From Mayamaea pseudoterrestris (Eukaryota): a DNA stretch of 64,000 nt. The translations under genes were made by a program, and so were the position numbers. The DNA is taken from assembly GCA_027923505.1 (NCBI GenBank), contig BROI01000006.1, positions 62,001 through 126,000 of the forward strand. Direction: 5' to 3'. Within the stretch, counting starts at the first letter, position 1, and each line of letters opens with the position of its first letter. Of the stretch, positions 11,985 through 24,967 are shown piece after piece. Below the pieces are notes generated by a model, which saw only the letters and a list, made by a program, of their open reading frames with translations, was not told where the DNA came from and made no database searches.

Positions 11985-12566
11985 GACTACTTCTCAAATA
12001 AGAAGCTTCGGACCGCCGCGATGTGCAAGTAAATATATTGATACAAGCAGGACACTCTATGCAGCAGTTTAAAAGCTTTCTTGGATCATTGGCAGCCTCA
12101 ATGTTCGTCCAAGGATACGCTTGACACGCCAGTTTCGAGTGCCATGGTCGAGGCGGGCGGACCTTTTTCGAACCATGAGTCACGCTCCGACGAATCAAAG
12201 CGCCGCTTCGTTCAAAGAGGTGCGTCAGCATCATGACGATCCTCCTTTCGACTTATGCCACTTCAATTTTCCCACGAGTTACTTAATCAACTTGCTTGAA
12301 CCATTTGAAAATGCCAGCGTCGCCTGCGTCATTCGACTTATGGGGCAGCTGCAGAGTGCGAGAGTGTGTGCGACGAGATCTTTCACACCTTCTCGTCGAC
12401 TCGAGCGGCACAATACACTGCGGCGAAAAGACTTTCGTTAGTGATCCTAACGCTGCAAGTGTAACTGCTGTCTGCAAGAGTCACGAGAGAGAGAGTGTCA
12501 AGAGTCCTATCCCTTGTCATCGTGGCGTTCGTAGTATTTACGAATAAGCGCAACGAAAGTAGCATC

Positions 12567-14968
12567 ATGACCATGATGCAGCATCCTTCGGTGAGTGAAC
12601 GCAGCAGCAGCAGCGTCGGCGAAACTATTTTAGAGCCTCGTACCAAGTGTGCTGCCGCGCCAAACCTACTGTAAAGCCTGGCTGCAAGTCTTGAACAGAT
12701 GATGCAGTCATCATGCTGGTTCCACTATATGGAATAATTTTATAGTCACTCGCAACGCGATGTCCGTTGAGTGTCTTGTTCTTCAAGCTTTCGCTGGCTC
12801 ACCTCTACGTCTCTTTCATCTCATTCATTCCTCCACCATAATATAAATCATGCATGCATCAGTCAACGACGCCACTGGACTTTACCGTCTCCATTGTCGC
12901 CTGCGGACCTCTCTGCCACAACAACATGGTGTACGCGATTGGAGTCGTGCAACCCGTTCAGTCTTGGACCGTCCTGCGCAGCCACGACGACTTTGTGGCG
13001 CTGTCGCAGAGTTTGTGTGACAGACATGACGCTTGTCCGAGTGTCACGCAACTAGTGGCGGGGCTTCATAATGGAGGAAATACTCTTGGAGGCAGCAACC
13101 ATAACAACAACTCGATCATCATGACGCCGGAACACATTACACACATTCGCAACACGGTCCAGGAGTGGTTGACCAACATTTTACTCCATGACCCGTTATC
13201 GCGGTCGCTATCATCGATGCGCGACTTTTTGACGCTCGGGGCCAACATTATACTGCCAATGTACGAGGGAGTCGTTTGGACGCAGTTTCCCAACATGGCG
13301 CCGCAAGGCAGTAGTCATTATCACGTGTCCAACTCGACGACCTGCATCAACGCGTCACCAAGCAACAACAACAAGAATACATCAGCATGCGCCAGCGTCG
13401 ACGACATGGAAATGGACATTATGTTCAGCAGCAACAACGGCGACGACGACGCGGCGCGTCACGGCGACATTGACGATGACTTACAAGAAGACTACGTTTT
13501 ATGCAGCAGCGAGCGCTACAAGCCCACGGCGGAAGCCGTCACGGACGAGGATGAGCTGGACATGATGCAGGGTGACATTGAAATGGTCGAAGACATTGGC
13601 TCGCTGGCGCAAAGCATGGGCGCCTCGCATTTGGGACGATCGCTGCAGCTGCAGGCGGAAATGACGAATCGCAATAATAGTAACAACGTCGTGACGAATA
13701 ATCGTCTACCACCACCAGCACCACCACGTCAAGGATTGAACATTCGTGGATCACCCTTGTTGGATTCGTCCAGCAAGCAGGTTGCGGCAGGCGGCTTGGG
13801 CGGCGCCATGGCGCAGGCCGCCTCCAACGGCGCGTTTACGCGCAGCACCATGGAGTCGGCCGCCTCACTCGACTCGTTCAAAATGATTCGCGTCATTGGC
13901 AAGGGATCCTTCGGAAAGGTCTTTTTGGTGCGTGAGCACAAGACGAATACCATTTATGCGCTCAAGGTGCTGCGCAAGGACAATATTATCAAGCGCAACC
14001 AGGTGGAGCATACCAAGACGGAGCGAAGTGTGTTGGGTTATGTGCAGCATCCGTTTATTGTGGGAATGAACATGGCGTTTCAGTCCAAGGACAAGTTGTA
14101 CTTTGTGTTGGACTATTGCGCCGGTGGTGAATTGTTCTTTCACTTGGGCAAGGAGGGCAAGTTTCAGGAAGCGAGGACGAGGTTTTATGCGGCTGAAATC
14201 ATTTTGGCAATTAGCTACGTTCATAGCCTTGACATTATATACCGCGATTTGAAGGTACGTGGAGCTGCAGCAATAATGGAAGAGTTGTACGATCAGTCGT
14301 ATGTTGGCTAATCTCGCTTTTATTCCGTTTCCCAGCCGGAGAATGTTCTACTTGATAGCCAGGGCCATATCCGTCTTACTGATTTCGGCTTGAGCAAAGA
14401 GGGAATCAGTAACAGCTCCAGCGGAGCCAACAGCTTTTGCGGCACACCCGAATACCTTGCGCCGGAGATCCTCAATCGCCAGGGACACGGACGAGCGGTG
14501 GATTGGTGGAGCCTTGGAGCGCTACTTTACGAAATGCTTACTGGACTACCTCCATTTTACTGCCAAGATCGCGAGCGATTGTTTGAAAAGATTCGCAAGA
14601 GCGAGCTCACGTACCCGCTGGCGCTTTCGCGGCCATCCGTAAACCTGCTAAAGGGTCTCCTCACAAAGGATCCCACCATTCGACTTGGAAGTGGGCCGAC
14701 GGATGCAGATGAAATTAAGCCTCATGAGTTCTTTGCGCCCATTAACTGGGACAAGCTCATGAAGGGTGATATTACCCCACCCTGGGTTCCTAACATTCAA
14801 GGCAGCACCGATACCAGCCTATTTGACAAGGAGTTTACGCAAATGCCCGTCTTTTCGCCACATTCCATGCAGCGAGTCCACGGTTTTGGAGCAACACCCA
14901 AGGAGAATCATTTTGAAGGCTTTACCTTTACCGATCGCATCCTACACGGCCAAGCTGGTGCCCATTGA
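12567..14968 (+). CDS. AGC Ser/Thr kinase (SGK/Akt/Ypk-like) with N-terminal PX-like domain; 3 exons
   Basis: GKGSFGKV, YALK, YRDLK|PEN, DFG, SFCGTPEYLAPE, VDWWSLG, hydrophobic motif FEGFTF. WTVLRSHDDF is PX-like. Micro-exon at 12567-12590. Confidence 0.92.
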
Positions 14969-15222
14969 GTCGCCAGATAAGACTGGACAATTTAAGTGTT
15001 TTTATGCGTGCAAGGTCTTGCACGAAACTGTGACTGTAATTTACGAAATGAAACGGAAGGAGCGATGCATGAATGAATGGATTCCCGTTTTCTACATAAT
15101 GCTCCAAGAGCTGGATGGAATATATTTGCAATGTGCCTCAATAGTTAAACTGCATGCGCTGCAATTAATTTCGTTAGACGATTTTCATCTGGATCGAACA
15201 TGTTTTTACAGGATGCGATTGT

Positions 15223-16122
15223 TTACGACTGCGTCCGCCGACACTCATAGCTCCGAAAGAGACCAGCAGCATACAGCCGAGTACTTGGTACCTCCAGACT
15301 TGACTCGCGCAGCATGGCGTCTACATCTTGATTGTACACGCATCCCTTGCCACCAATGGCAGCAGCATCCGCCGTTGCATCCTGGTACAAGCCCAGCAAC
15401 GCATTATTGGATCGACTATTCTCCAGCAGTAAAACCTTTCCTTGCGGCTTGACAACTTTGGATATTTGCTCCAAGCACTGGCGGGCGCCTTGGCTGCCCA
15501 TGACGCAGAGCGAAAATGTATCAATGACAGTGTCAAAGGAAGCTTCTCCAAATGCCTTGACCAATTCGCTAGTAGCATCCGCCTTGATGAATGTCACTGG
15601 AATGTTTCGTAGTTGCGGCAATGATTCGACTCGAGCACGCGCCGCTTGCAGCATGTTGCTCGAAACGTCAACAAGCGTCAGGCTCGTCACAGCCGATGCA
15701 TCATAGTAGCCGAGGTTGAGTCCAGTTCCGACTCCAATTTCCATAACCTTGCCTCGAGCTTGCTTTAGCAACTGGATGCGCGCTTGGTCAATGCCCAAGA
15801 ATGAGGCTGCCGATCCGCCGTCGAGGACATCGTACTCGGAGGCGTATGTATCGTAATCGGTTTCCGCTTGCTTGGGAGTAAGAGCCATGCTCTTATGAGG
15901 TATTGAAAAACCTGATAGCAAGATCGGAGCAGATTTCTGAAAAAATTGACGGCGATTATCTGCAGCAATACTATTTGAGGGGCCATCGGCGATCCTCGGG
16001 TGATACTTTTCATGTCTTCTCGCTTGCACTGAAAAAGCATAAGATGAAAATGCAAGGCAAGGCGTCAATAATATGAAAGTCAGAGCGGTAAGATACGATG
16101 TCCTACGTATAGTTGATCGCAT
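15223..16122 (-). CDS. Class I SAM-dependent methyltransferase with plastid-type presequence
   Basis: VMEIGVGTG, LTLVDVS, FDTVIDTFSLC, GKVLLLE. Hydrophobic leader ending CLA-F. Confidence 0.87.
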   Translation of the reverse strand: MRSTIRRTSYLTALTFILLTPCLAFSSYAFSVQARRHEKYHPRIADGPSNSIAADNRRQFFQKSAPILLSGFSIPHKSMALTPKQAETDYDTYASEYDVLDGGSAASFLGIDQARIQLLKQARGKVMEIGVGTGLNLGYYDASAVTSLTLVDVSSNMLQAARARVESLPQLRNIPVTFIKADATSELVKAFGEASFDTVIDTFSLCVMGSQGARQCLEQISKVVKPQGKVLLLENSRSNNALLGLYQDATADAAAIGGKGCVYNQDVDAMLRESSLEVPSTRLYAAGLFRSYECRRTQS

Positions 16123-16346
16123 GTTTGACGGCTCTTTTCTGGACGGTCGAAGGGCTGCGTGACATCGGTTTCTTCGTCATGGTCACAAATTCGTCGCGGC
16201 GCCCGCGCCGGCGCGGATAATGAGTTGCGCTGCGACGCTCGCAGCCTTGCCAGAGAAAATCAGGTGCGAAAGCATACAGTAAGCTTTAACAGCCAAACAA
16301 AACACCACCTGTCAAAGTCATCAAAAGTTTTACCGCATAACATACA

Positions 16347-16462
16347 ATGTCTAATCAAGAGGGATTAATGGCGATTGATGAGGAAGACGCTACAACTGAA
16401 CCGGTTTTCGCCGACCATCGTGATTCAGCACCAAACGAAATTGAAGTTGTTGGAGCAGGCAC
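16347..16462 (+). pseudogene. 5' fragment of BTB/POZ gene cut by retroelement (copy A)
   Basis: MSNQEGLMAIDEEDATTEPVFADHRDSAPNEIEVVGAG, colinear with 56061-56176 and ending at the LTR start. Confidence 0.8.
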
Positions 16463-19400
16463 TGCTGAGATTACTCAAATGTACTTGTAATTTACGATAT
16501 AAACCTCTCTATTCGCTTGCAAAGATCCGCTATAGTGAGCTTATTTATCTAAGCGACCGCCGTAACTCTTATCTTGACCTCCAAGAGTGTCTCCGAGAAT
16601 CTCTATAGCTAACTGTCCTGTTTCATTGCAACGCGGCCAGTCGATCCCGCATCTTTACCAATCCTTTTTTTAGACCAGTCTGAGGATCACCTGTTTAATC
16701 ACTGATTCTCAGCACTCTCCTCTGATCCGATAACTTAAGTACTCTATAATCGCCAAACAAACGTCTTGTGAAGCACCTTCGCCAGATTACTTTGTAAAGA
16801 TATCGGCCTGGAAATTGATAAGTCGGTTCCCAATGTCTATAATCTTTTCTCCTTCTAACTCTCGAAGGAAATAATATCGCACGTATGACACGCTAACGTC
16901 GACCAATTGTTCGTTAGATCAAACGCGCCCTTATTATACTCCTAAACTTTCTGCATTGGGGCTCGACTTATGTCGTCGGCTCAGTAATGCTTATGGCTCC
17001 AACAGCTGCTATGCCTCCGTTCGTCATCTCCACTAACTCTCCGCCTCCGTGGCGGCAGCGTGACAAAGTCTTGCATCTTTGTTGTGAACCGGAGGTGGCG
17101 CGTACTCTAGAAACGTGCTGTAGCCTCTGGACAACTTCTTGTGTCTGGATCGACGGCGTATGATGAGTCCGTAATCACTTTCAATCTGAACTTAAGCGGT
17201 GGCCGCCATCCCATTCCTCGATAGGCGAGGGCGAGTCCCGCTCCGGAGTCCTGCGTTAAATGGCGCATGATGATTCGATGGTTGCTTTCTGCCTGCGCTT
17301 CAGACAGATCCTGTAGGCATGCCCGCAGCACGTCTCTAACAGCGTTGTATCTCTGAGTCTCGAGCCTCTTTTAATCCAGTGCATGAACAATGCCAAACGC
17401 GGCTGCAGCTGAAATGATATCCTGCGCTCCAACGATTGTTTGTAGCTCTTTCTTTGCTACGGTGACAGGAGCCACCTCCTCCTCATCGAGCTCATCGGGT
17501 ATATTAGTTCGTCTTTGAATCTTTTGAATTGCGACTGGTTGAGTTATCTTCAGCCAATCATGCCCTTGTTGATGCTGGTCTTGCAGCGATGTGCTCTTCA
17601 ACTCAACCAATGTCCTCATAGTCGAGTTAAATCATGATTGTTCTTCGCTGTATGATGATATCCTTTCCGGCCCAAACAAGCGAGTCATCCATGGCTCAAA
17701 CCAAAGATGTAATCCTTAATTAAGCCCCATTGATAATGAGGCATGGATAAACGCTCCTTCCGTATCCTTGGTTGTCGAACGCTCGATAACGCACCAAATA
17801 GAAACGATGCGCTTGTATCAATCATTTGCTCAGCATGTGCTTCTGCACGCTGTCTATAAGCACCTTTATAATCTTTTGAATCCTTGGTATCTTAATGTAA
17901 ATCTTTTCGTAGTTTTGAACTTGCCTTGCAAGAATGCTCTGCGTCGACAATGTCGCAGCGTCTAGCGATGCCATCAACGTAATACCAACACCGTGCGCGT
18001 GGGTCGATAGTTACGACAGGCGCCCGACACGACTTGGGATCGTAATGGGCTCCTTGATCTGCTGGAATCCCCTGACCGCCATTCCTTGCTCGCGCTGTTC
18101 CGTTTGCCTTTTGCTTCATTGCCCCATGTCGTGTCGATCAACCGTTCCTTTAAAAATACTGACGGCCAGTTTCTTCCAAACATTTGTGCCGGAAACATTG
18201 ATCATGCTGGTAATCAACATACTCTGCCATTCAGCGACTGGTCCCGCCGCCCATTGCCTGCTGAACTTCATTATCGCCAGCTCTGATGTATGCCAATGCC
18301 ATCGTAATCCACCTGCGCCGCGTAACCGTCGCCAGCGCGGCGTACTTTTCGCCTTCCTCCATCTCCTCGATGATTTGCGCGTTGGCGTAAAAACACGATC
18401 CCGCATCATGTAGCGCTGTTGCAGTGCCAGCTGATCATGGCGTTACTTGCTCGATAATGTCGCAGTGGCCCACAACGCCGGATCGAGTGTGTTCTTCCTT
18501 CCCATGTCGAAAATCTTTGCTTGACCTTTCGCTCGTTTGCTGATGCCACGTTGTCAACGTCACCGTTGACACTCTCCTCTTCCTCACTGTCGCTGACAGC
18601 CGTCCGTGATGCCACCTCTTGGGGTATCTTCGATGCATATTCCTTCTCCTTTTCGGCTTCTCCTTGATGTTTCTTGCGATACCACTTGTTTAGGAACATT
18701 ACATCTCTAACCTCTGCAGCTCTATTAGATTCCAAACTTGATGACGTCTCCCTCATTGGTGCATCCGGAAAGCCCTACCCAACATCCCCTTTGTCAGAAT
18801 TCCATTCAGTTCTGACACCTTTCGTCAGCACGCACATATAAGCCCCAACACTTACTCATGTACTTAACAAAGCGTGGAATCTTTTTCGCCAAAAGTGCTC
18901 ATAAGCGTGTTTCATTTCCCCATTCAACTCGACCATGGTGAGTCCATCCAACTTGCTAGCATGCTTTACTAGCCTTGCAAAGAACTTCTGCCTCTGCTTC
19001 TCTGGTGCGTTTGCTCTGCATGCTGTAGCTCTTGGCGCCCAGCAGTGTGCGCCCAGCAGGGCTCTGCCTTGGTTCTGTTGCGGCGTGTTTGTCCATTCAA
19101 TGCGCTTGACAGTCCCTCTGCCTTGGCTTGCCTGCTTAAGACTCTTGTTCGCCAGCGTTATCCATCCTTAGAAACTCAACCTCCTTCCTTTGTGCTTCCA
19201 TTCTCTACTCTCATAGCCGAGGTTTCAGGTTGGGTTCCACCATTGGATCTCTTTTGGTTGCGAAGAAGTGACAACTTTGAATCCTGTCAGCATAAATTCA
19301 CGCGATATCGACCGTTCAACTTGCCTGGCAGATTCTTGCATCTTATCCTTTAGCGTCGTCAAGTCAAGTAGATGCGTCGTCCTGTTAATCTTTGCCTTCT

Positions 19401-20411
19401 CGGCTGGCTCACTCAGCGATATCTTCAGCGCTTTTAGCCATCTACGCCGCAAAGACGCATGGATTCATCTTTCAGGTGTGTCCATCCTAAGTGCTTCGCT
19501 GCCGCTCGATCGCTCTTCTTTGCCCATGTGGCCAAACTCTTCATGCACTGTGGTGAAAGCTTGAGCTCTGTTTGTTTGCCCGACTATTGCTTATTCTGCC
19601 GTGTGGCGTCTTTTATTACGCATATCGTGAAGACTCAAGCTGCCGAGCTTGTACCGTCATCGAAGACTAACTTGCGCTTTCCTTTGTAACCAGTCATCTA
19701 TTGACTGCTTCAGCGTCAACCTGCTATCATCTTTTCGGCTGGGCCAGGGTTGCCGACGAGCTACGACCAGTAACTGACCGATCTATGACGAGTTTCAAAC
19801 ATTCTGTACAGTCCATATCACGATTGTGCCTCGCGGCGCTTAGCAAGCTGGGATATCGTATTCACTGTTCCCCGACTTTACGATCTTAATAAAGCCTGGC
19901 TTGTTGCTCTGCCCGCCATCTCTTGATAGCTGCTGACTTCGTTATGGCGCTCGTGCACCCGTTGTCGGCAAACCACAACTGCGTCTGTCCGACCTCCGCG
20001 CGGCGCGCCCGTTCATATTGAAAAATTCGTCGTCACAAGTGACGTTGCCGACTCATTCTTCTTCTCCAGATCTTCTTTGAACCAAGCGGGAGACGCGACG
20101 TTATAAAGTTGAAAACGGTATTCTTTCTTTGTGCCCTTGCGCCGCATTCGTCTGCGTTCATGGAATCTTTTCTTCGACCTGCTTCTGTTTACCTCCGCCG
20201 CCGCCGCCGTTCCTTTATACTTTGGGCAGTCCTTCTTCTTGTGTTCCGTGCTGCCGCAAAGCCAACGCCATGGGGTTTCCGATCGACGATTGAGTAAAGA
20301 GGCTTGTTCATCTTCATCTTCATCGTCGTCTTCCTTGATGGCGCCTTTCGCCACTTGGAGGCGATATTCTGCCTCTACGCCTTCGCGTATCATTGCTTTG
20401 GTTAGCTCCTT
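16463..20411 (-). mobile_element. Degraded or error-rich truncated copy of the Ty1/copia element (3' LTR, RNase H, RT, IN, PR, part of gag)
   Basis: Begins tgctgagatt and is colinear with 56177-60251, but carries dense small indels. Lacks the gag 5' half and the 5' LTR. Confidence 0.93.
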
Positions 20412-20429
20412 GGCAGTTGTAGTGCACGC

Positions 20430-21400
20430 GTCATATTTCGCACTTGCACCTGGCCTGGGTTAACTTCAAGCAAGTACACTTGCCACTCTGTGTCAATGGC
20501 AAAGTCAAGTCCATAATGCTCGAAGCAATCTTCCATGGGCAGCTTACCAGCTCGTCTCGTATGCACGAAACAGTTCCGAGACAATGGCGTTTTTATGTCT
20601 AGCAGCACCTTGTCGGAACGTGAGCGGCGTCGTGTGTATATCTGCAGCATGTTTCGCCCGCATCAGCATTGTCAAGACTGCGTCGGATCCCCACTGATGC
20701 ACATTCCTTCTCTCGCAAAGTTGGGATCAATCTCTTGGTAAGCAGTATTGGTAATATGAGCAGTCAATTGATCAAAATTATTCTCCCGATGAGCAGTTCC
20801 GCTCATGAGGCAGGCAATCGTTGGAAAAGTAAACTTGCAGGGCGCCAACGGCGACAATGTAGCACGAATGTGGAACTTGCGTTTTGCGAACTCAAGGTTG
20901 AAATGTGGCGCTAGGCCTGGAAAGGCGGCAAACGCACTTCAGCTATATCAAGATCATCATATGCCAACATGAATTCGCCGTCTTGCATTCACGAATGTCC
21001 AGACTCACTCCAGCAAATGTCCACGATTTGTTCGTAAGCTTATGGACCAAGTATGCCTACGCCTTGTTCACCGTGCTTCCTTTGAGTATCAAACTGCTTC
21101 TTCGACCAGCCGGCTCATCAGTATTTTGCAGGTTCAAGCATTGCTCAAGAGTTGTCGCTGATTGATATTGTTTGATCCCCGAAGCCGACACTGGCGCCTG
21201 AGGAACTCGCCGTAGTTTGCGCCGTTTCAGTCTCCCAAACTGCCCACGTATCCAAGTATGACAGTCTCTGGCGCTACTGTTTCAAAACACTCATTGGATG
21301 CTTGGAAACATGTCGATTCAAATAGAGTGCGAGTTGCGCCTTGCGCGACAAGCCCACAGATTAGGTAGCTGCTCGCACGTACGCGTTTGCTGCCAGTGGA
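20430..21400 (-). pseudogene. Tubulin-tyrosine ligase (TTL) family gene, frameshifted and apparently 3'-truncated at the junction
   Basis: Fragments in different frames: ILKGSTVNK, RKFHIRA, HITNTAYQ, CFEHYGLDFAIDTEWQVYLLEVNPG. Boundaries are approximate and the frameshifts are likely sequence errors. Confidence 0.75.
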
Positions 21401-21879
21401 TGCGCTCATACTCGCTCACGAAAGTCACAGTCCATGGCAGCTCGACAGCTTCCATTCCTTCTCCGCACCAGGGTGTGACGTGAAAGTGGCGCGATGCGAG
21501 TGCGTGATGAATGATGGAACGAGTGTATGGTTCGTCAATGTCGAGGTAAATGCGATTGTGCCCGTCTGGCGTGTGACGTTGATTTCTCAGGACTGACTTT
21601 CATTTCCATTGGCAAGATTCAAGACGGAAAACTTGATGGTAGGCATCATTGCGGGAACGCGGATGATAGTTGCAAATGGCCGATTGCAATGCCATGGTGG
21701 AAATCATTGGTTTGGCATGACGGAACGTGTTCTGTTCCGGTGCGACATTCTGTACGCTTTTTCGTTTCGCTTTGGCGCAGCATCTCATCGTCGTCCATCA
21801 TATCTTGAACCGCTCATCCCTTTGAGCGACTCCAAGCTGACGAAACAGAGCAGGTCTTAATAATGGCAATGACCCGAAC

Positions 21880-23450
21880 GATGGAATGACTCAACGAGCG
21901 ATTCGAGGAACACTTTTGACGTTGCTGCTGCGAGGTCGTGTCCTTTGTCGGCACGCAGTGGACGCTGCGATTCATTGGCGACAATCCTGCCATTAATTAA
22001 CGGTCGAGCGTCCATACAACTGGAACTCTTGTTGGCGACCATTCTGTTTGAGTCGCGAAGGCTTTCAAACTGGCATTGACGCGAAACAGAGTGTCGGAGC
22101 TTGCCTCTAGCTCGACGGACAGTATGGAACTTGGTGCTTGGCTCTCGATACCAACCTCTAATCGTGTCGCTTGTCGCCTTGGAAGGCTGGCATTGGATGA
22201 CAATCTCAACCACCAGCAATAACCACAGCGCCGACTATCGACTCGCTGGAGTCTTGTTTTGCGTCAGCTGCATCATTGAAGGATCGCGGAACCGGCCGTC
22301 CTGCAGGCGCTTTGCAGCGAACGTTGCCGCCAGAGCGTCGGCGGAAGGTTTTGGCGACCTGGCAAGGCCATGGCAGCGGTTGTGCTGCTGCGAGTCCTTC
22401 AGCGGGACTGGCCTATCCACAGCCTTTGGCGTCGCGCAGCTAGTATACGCGACAATCTACTTTGTTGTCCTGTGGCAAGTGCGTGGATCTATTGACAGAG
22501 CACAAGTATTTGGACCCCTACGACAAGCATACATGCTACATGATAGGCGTCTTTACGCTCAAGGGTTCTTTTAAACATTTGCGGTGGAGACAAGCATTGA
22601 CGACACTCAGTGGGACCCTCGACCAAGGCATTTACGCCATGGTGCTACGGAAGCTGGCGGCGCGAATGCTGCCGCAACCCATGGAGAGAATGCTCGACTA
22701 CTAGTTTGGAGTCGACTAGCGTCAGCAGTGTCCGTCCGAGTCAAACGAAACACTTGATCGACTGCAAAACGTCATACACGAATCTGGTCAAGCTCGTCGC
22801 CATTGGTTTCACGTTTAGTTGTTTGGCTCAACTACCTGGGCATTCTACTTTACGTCATGGCGGGTCCTGCAAGTGGGCGACAATCGCGGAGCGGCGGCTG
22901 TCACTGAGCGCCTTTGCGTCTACACGGCGTTCATGGCGTGGAACCGGCATGACGGAAGCGTTTGTGTACAGCGCCACGTCCGCGGGTACTGGCATGGGAA
23001 AAACTGGGTGCCATGCATGCGGGCATTGCAGTTGTCTTTGCGGAGTGTTGCATCAATCGCCGTAACGACAAAGGAACCGTTGGTATTGGCTGCCAATTGC
23101 GTCGCCATGTTTTGTCGCGCCATTTACTCCGTCGTCTTTGCCGCCTTCTTTTCGTCACGTCGAAAGCGGCAGTCATTTCAGTGACAATGTCGGGATTATT
23201 GCACGACATGCTTCCGCATGCCGTCTTCTTTCGCTGCGTGTTTATATAGTAACAGCTTGGTCTAGGATGCGCATGATGGATCAGAGTGTTGAAGGTGGCA
23301 TTGCGACGGCAAGTGCTGCTTGGTTTCGATTGGTATTGAGCCGTCGTTATTGGGTCGCCAGTTAGCGTCGGCCTCGTGCCTATGCCGCGAACCCGGGTTT
23401 TCCCTTCTTTTACTAAAAAAGCTATGGCGTGGGAAAAGTGATTAATAGCC
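21880..23450 (+). pseudogene. RFT1: RFT1 (Man5GlcNAc2-PP-dolichol translocation protein), frameshifted
   Basis: Fragments across frames: IQLELLLATILF, ARASAEG, AFGVAQLVYA, QGFFKHL, DQGIYAMV/YGS, MTEAFVYS, AANCVAMFCRAIYS. Boundaries are approximate. Confidence 0.75.
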
Positions 23451-23569
23451 AGACGGTATTTTTACTATGTATCGCGAAGGATGTTGCCGGTATGGTGAGA
23501 AAGCTCGCGATATTAACACAATCCGCGCGGTGGACCACCCAAGCTTTCGTCGCGGAGCGATCTTCGCCT

Positions 23570-24718
23570 TTTCTTATCTACATGGGTGGTAATGCGTAAC
23601 TCCATCCAGCGACCCCGAAGTAAAGATTTTGAACACGAGATACGGAAGGGCGACAGAACCTCATTCTTTACCCTCAATTCAAAATCCGCTTAATCCCGCC
23701 TTTTCGGTTTGCGTCGGAATAGTTCTTTTCGCAAGCAGCATAATCACGACCAGCGAGTCGGTCAAACATTAATCGTCAACAAAGCGCCTGGACACGAAAC
23801 ATATCTTGCTCCGGAAGAGATCTCTGTACAAATGCTGCCCAACCAATGGCCCGTTTTCGGGTGGTCCTTCCGGCATTTTGGTTCAGTTGGTATCCCCTGC
23901 GTGTCCAGTCTCAAGGCGACTTGGTGGCGGTCGAAATCGCTGGCGATCCAGACTCTGCATCGTCAGCCTCGTCATCGTCGTCGTCTTCTCATCTTCAACT
24001 ACTTGGTTTCCGAGTAGAAGCGGTCCTCTAGCTTGGCCATGTCCGTCTGTTGCATTTCTGCATCTTCCCTCGTCGTCGTCGTCTTCCTCGTCCCCATTCG
24101 TCTGCGAGCTTCCCTTCTCGCCCCTCGCCTGGTCAGTCTTCGCTCCGAACTAGTCAGCCAAGTGACAGTTCTTCAATGTTACTGGCCGGTGGGTTCGAAG
24201 CAGATCCATATTGGGCGGAAGCTTGTCCGGGAAAGTTCCCGGCAAACTGCTTTCAAGTAAGGATCCGTCTGCCATTCCTGGCTGCGCTCGTCAACGCACC
24301 GAATCGTAACCGATATGCCGACCCACATGCGCGCGTAACTCTCAATCTCGCGGGCAGCACCGTCTGAATGATGCCCGCATTGGCCTATGGTCCGGCGACG
24401 ACTCCAGTGGTTTGTGAACGGCGCTCGGGACCGGGCCGATCGATCTTCGTAGGCCGCAGCTGCTTGGTTTCGCCCTGCAGCAGACCCTCCTCGTGCGCAA
24501 ACGGCAGAACAGACACTTTGGTAACCGCTTGCTCCGCGCCCGGGGACGCGAAATAGCAACGTCAAAGTCGTGTCGCGCCCTCGGCAATGCCAAATAAGTG
24601 GTGCCAGACAAGCGCGAGTAGTGTTGTTGTGTGGCGAAGCCTTTCGTCGACCGGCAATGAAGCCGTTGGTGCAATCAATGAACGTCAGCGCAGAGTGATA
24701 TAGCTAGAATGGCCTTCA
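23570..24718 (-). pseudogene. Lon-protease N-terminal (substrate-binding)-like protein, probably plastid-targeted, frameshifted
   Basis: Minus-strand fragments VLPFAHEEGLLQGETKQLR..YEDR, EIESYARM.VGISVTIRCV, PYLKAVCREL, an acidic stretch, and hydrophobic start MKAILAISL. Confidence 0.55.
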
Positions 24719-24967
24719 TCTTTTATTCAGTATTATTCAGACGAAGAAAGGATGAGTATGACACTATTGATTCTACCCTTTGAAAGACGTGCGTCGCCGT
24801 CGGCTGACAAAGAATTTCGGCACGTGCGCGCGCTCCCGGCGCGGCGGTTTAAACGGTACGTGACACCTGTGTCAAACGACAGCCATCACAAAGATCCGAT
24901 TCCTTATCCATCACACCCACTTTTCGACCATCTCTTCTTCTACTCGATAAAGGCAATCATTTTTGAG

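Larger units (their letters stand above)
1..20411 (+). repeat. Large direct duplication, copy A (runs off the left edge); counterpart of 39694-60251
   Basis: Position 1 ctgcttgcggtggcgatccg matches 39694. Same genes in the same order and orientation. Similarity ends at gttagctcctt (~20411 vs ~60251), inside the retroelement gag. Confidence 0.97.

Noticed and set aside
14766..15452. 228-aa ORF overlapping the kinase end, and a possible SECIS/readthrough at the kinase TGA
   Set aside because: The ORF is frameshifted in copy B. The kinase domain and hydrophobic motif are complete before the TGA, and the 15007-15024 hairpin is imperfect in copy B.
16463..20411. RIP-like or deaminase hypermutation of the left element copy
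   Set aside because: Damage is dominated by small indels and homopolymer shortening, and it continues into neighbouring host genes. This fits read error better.
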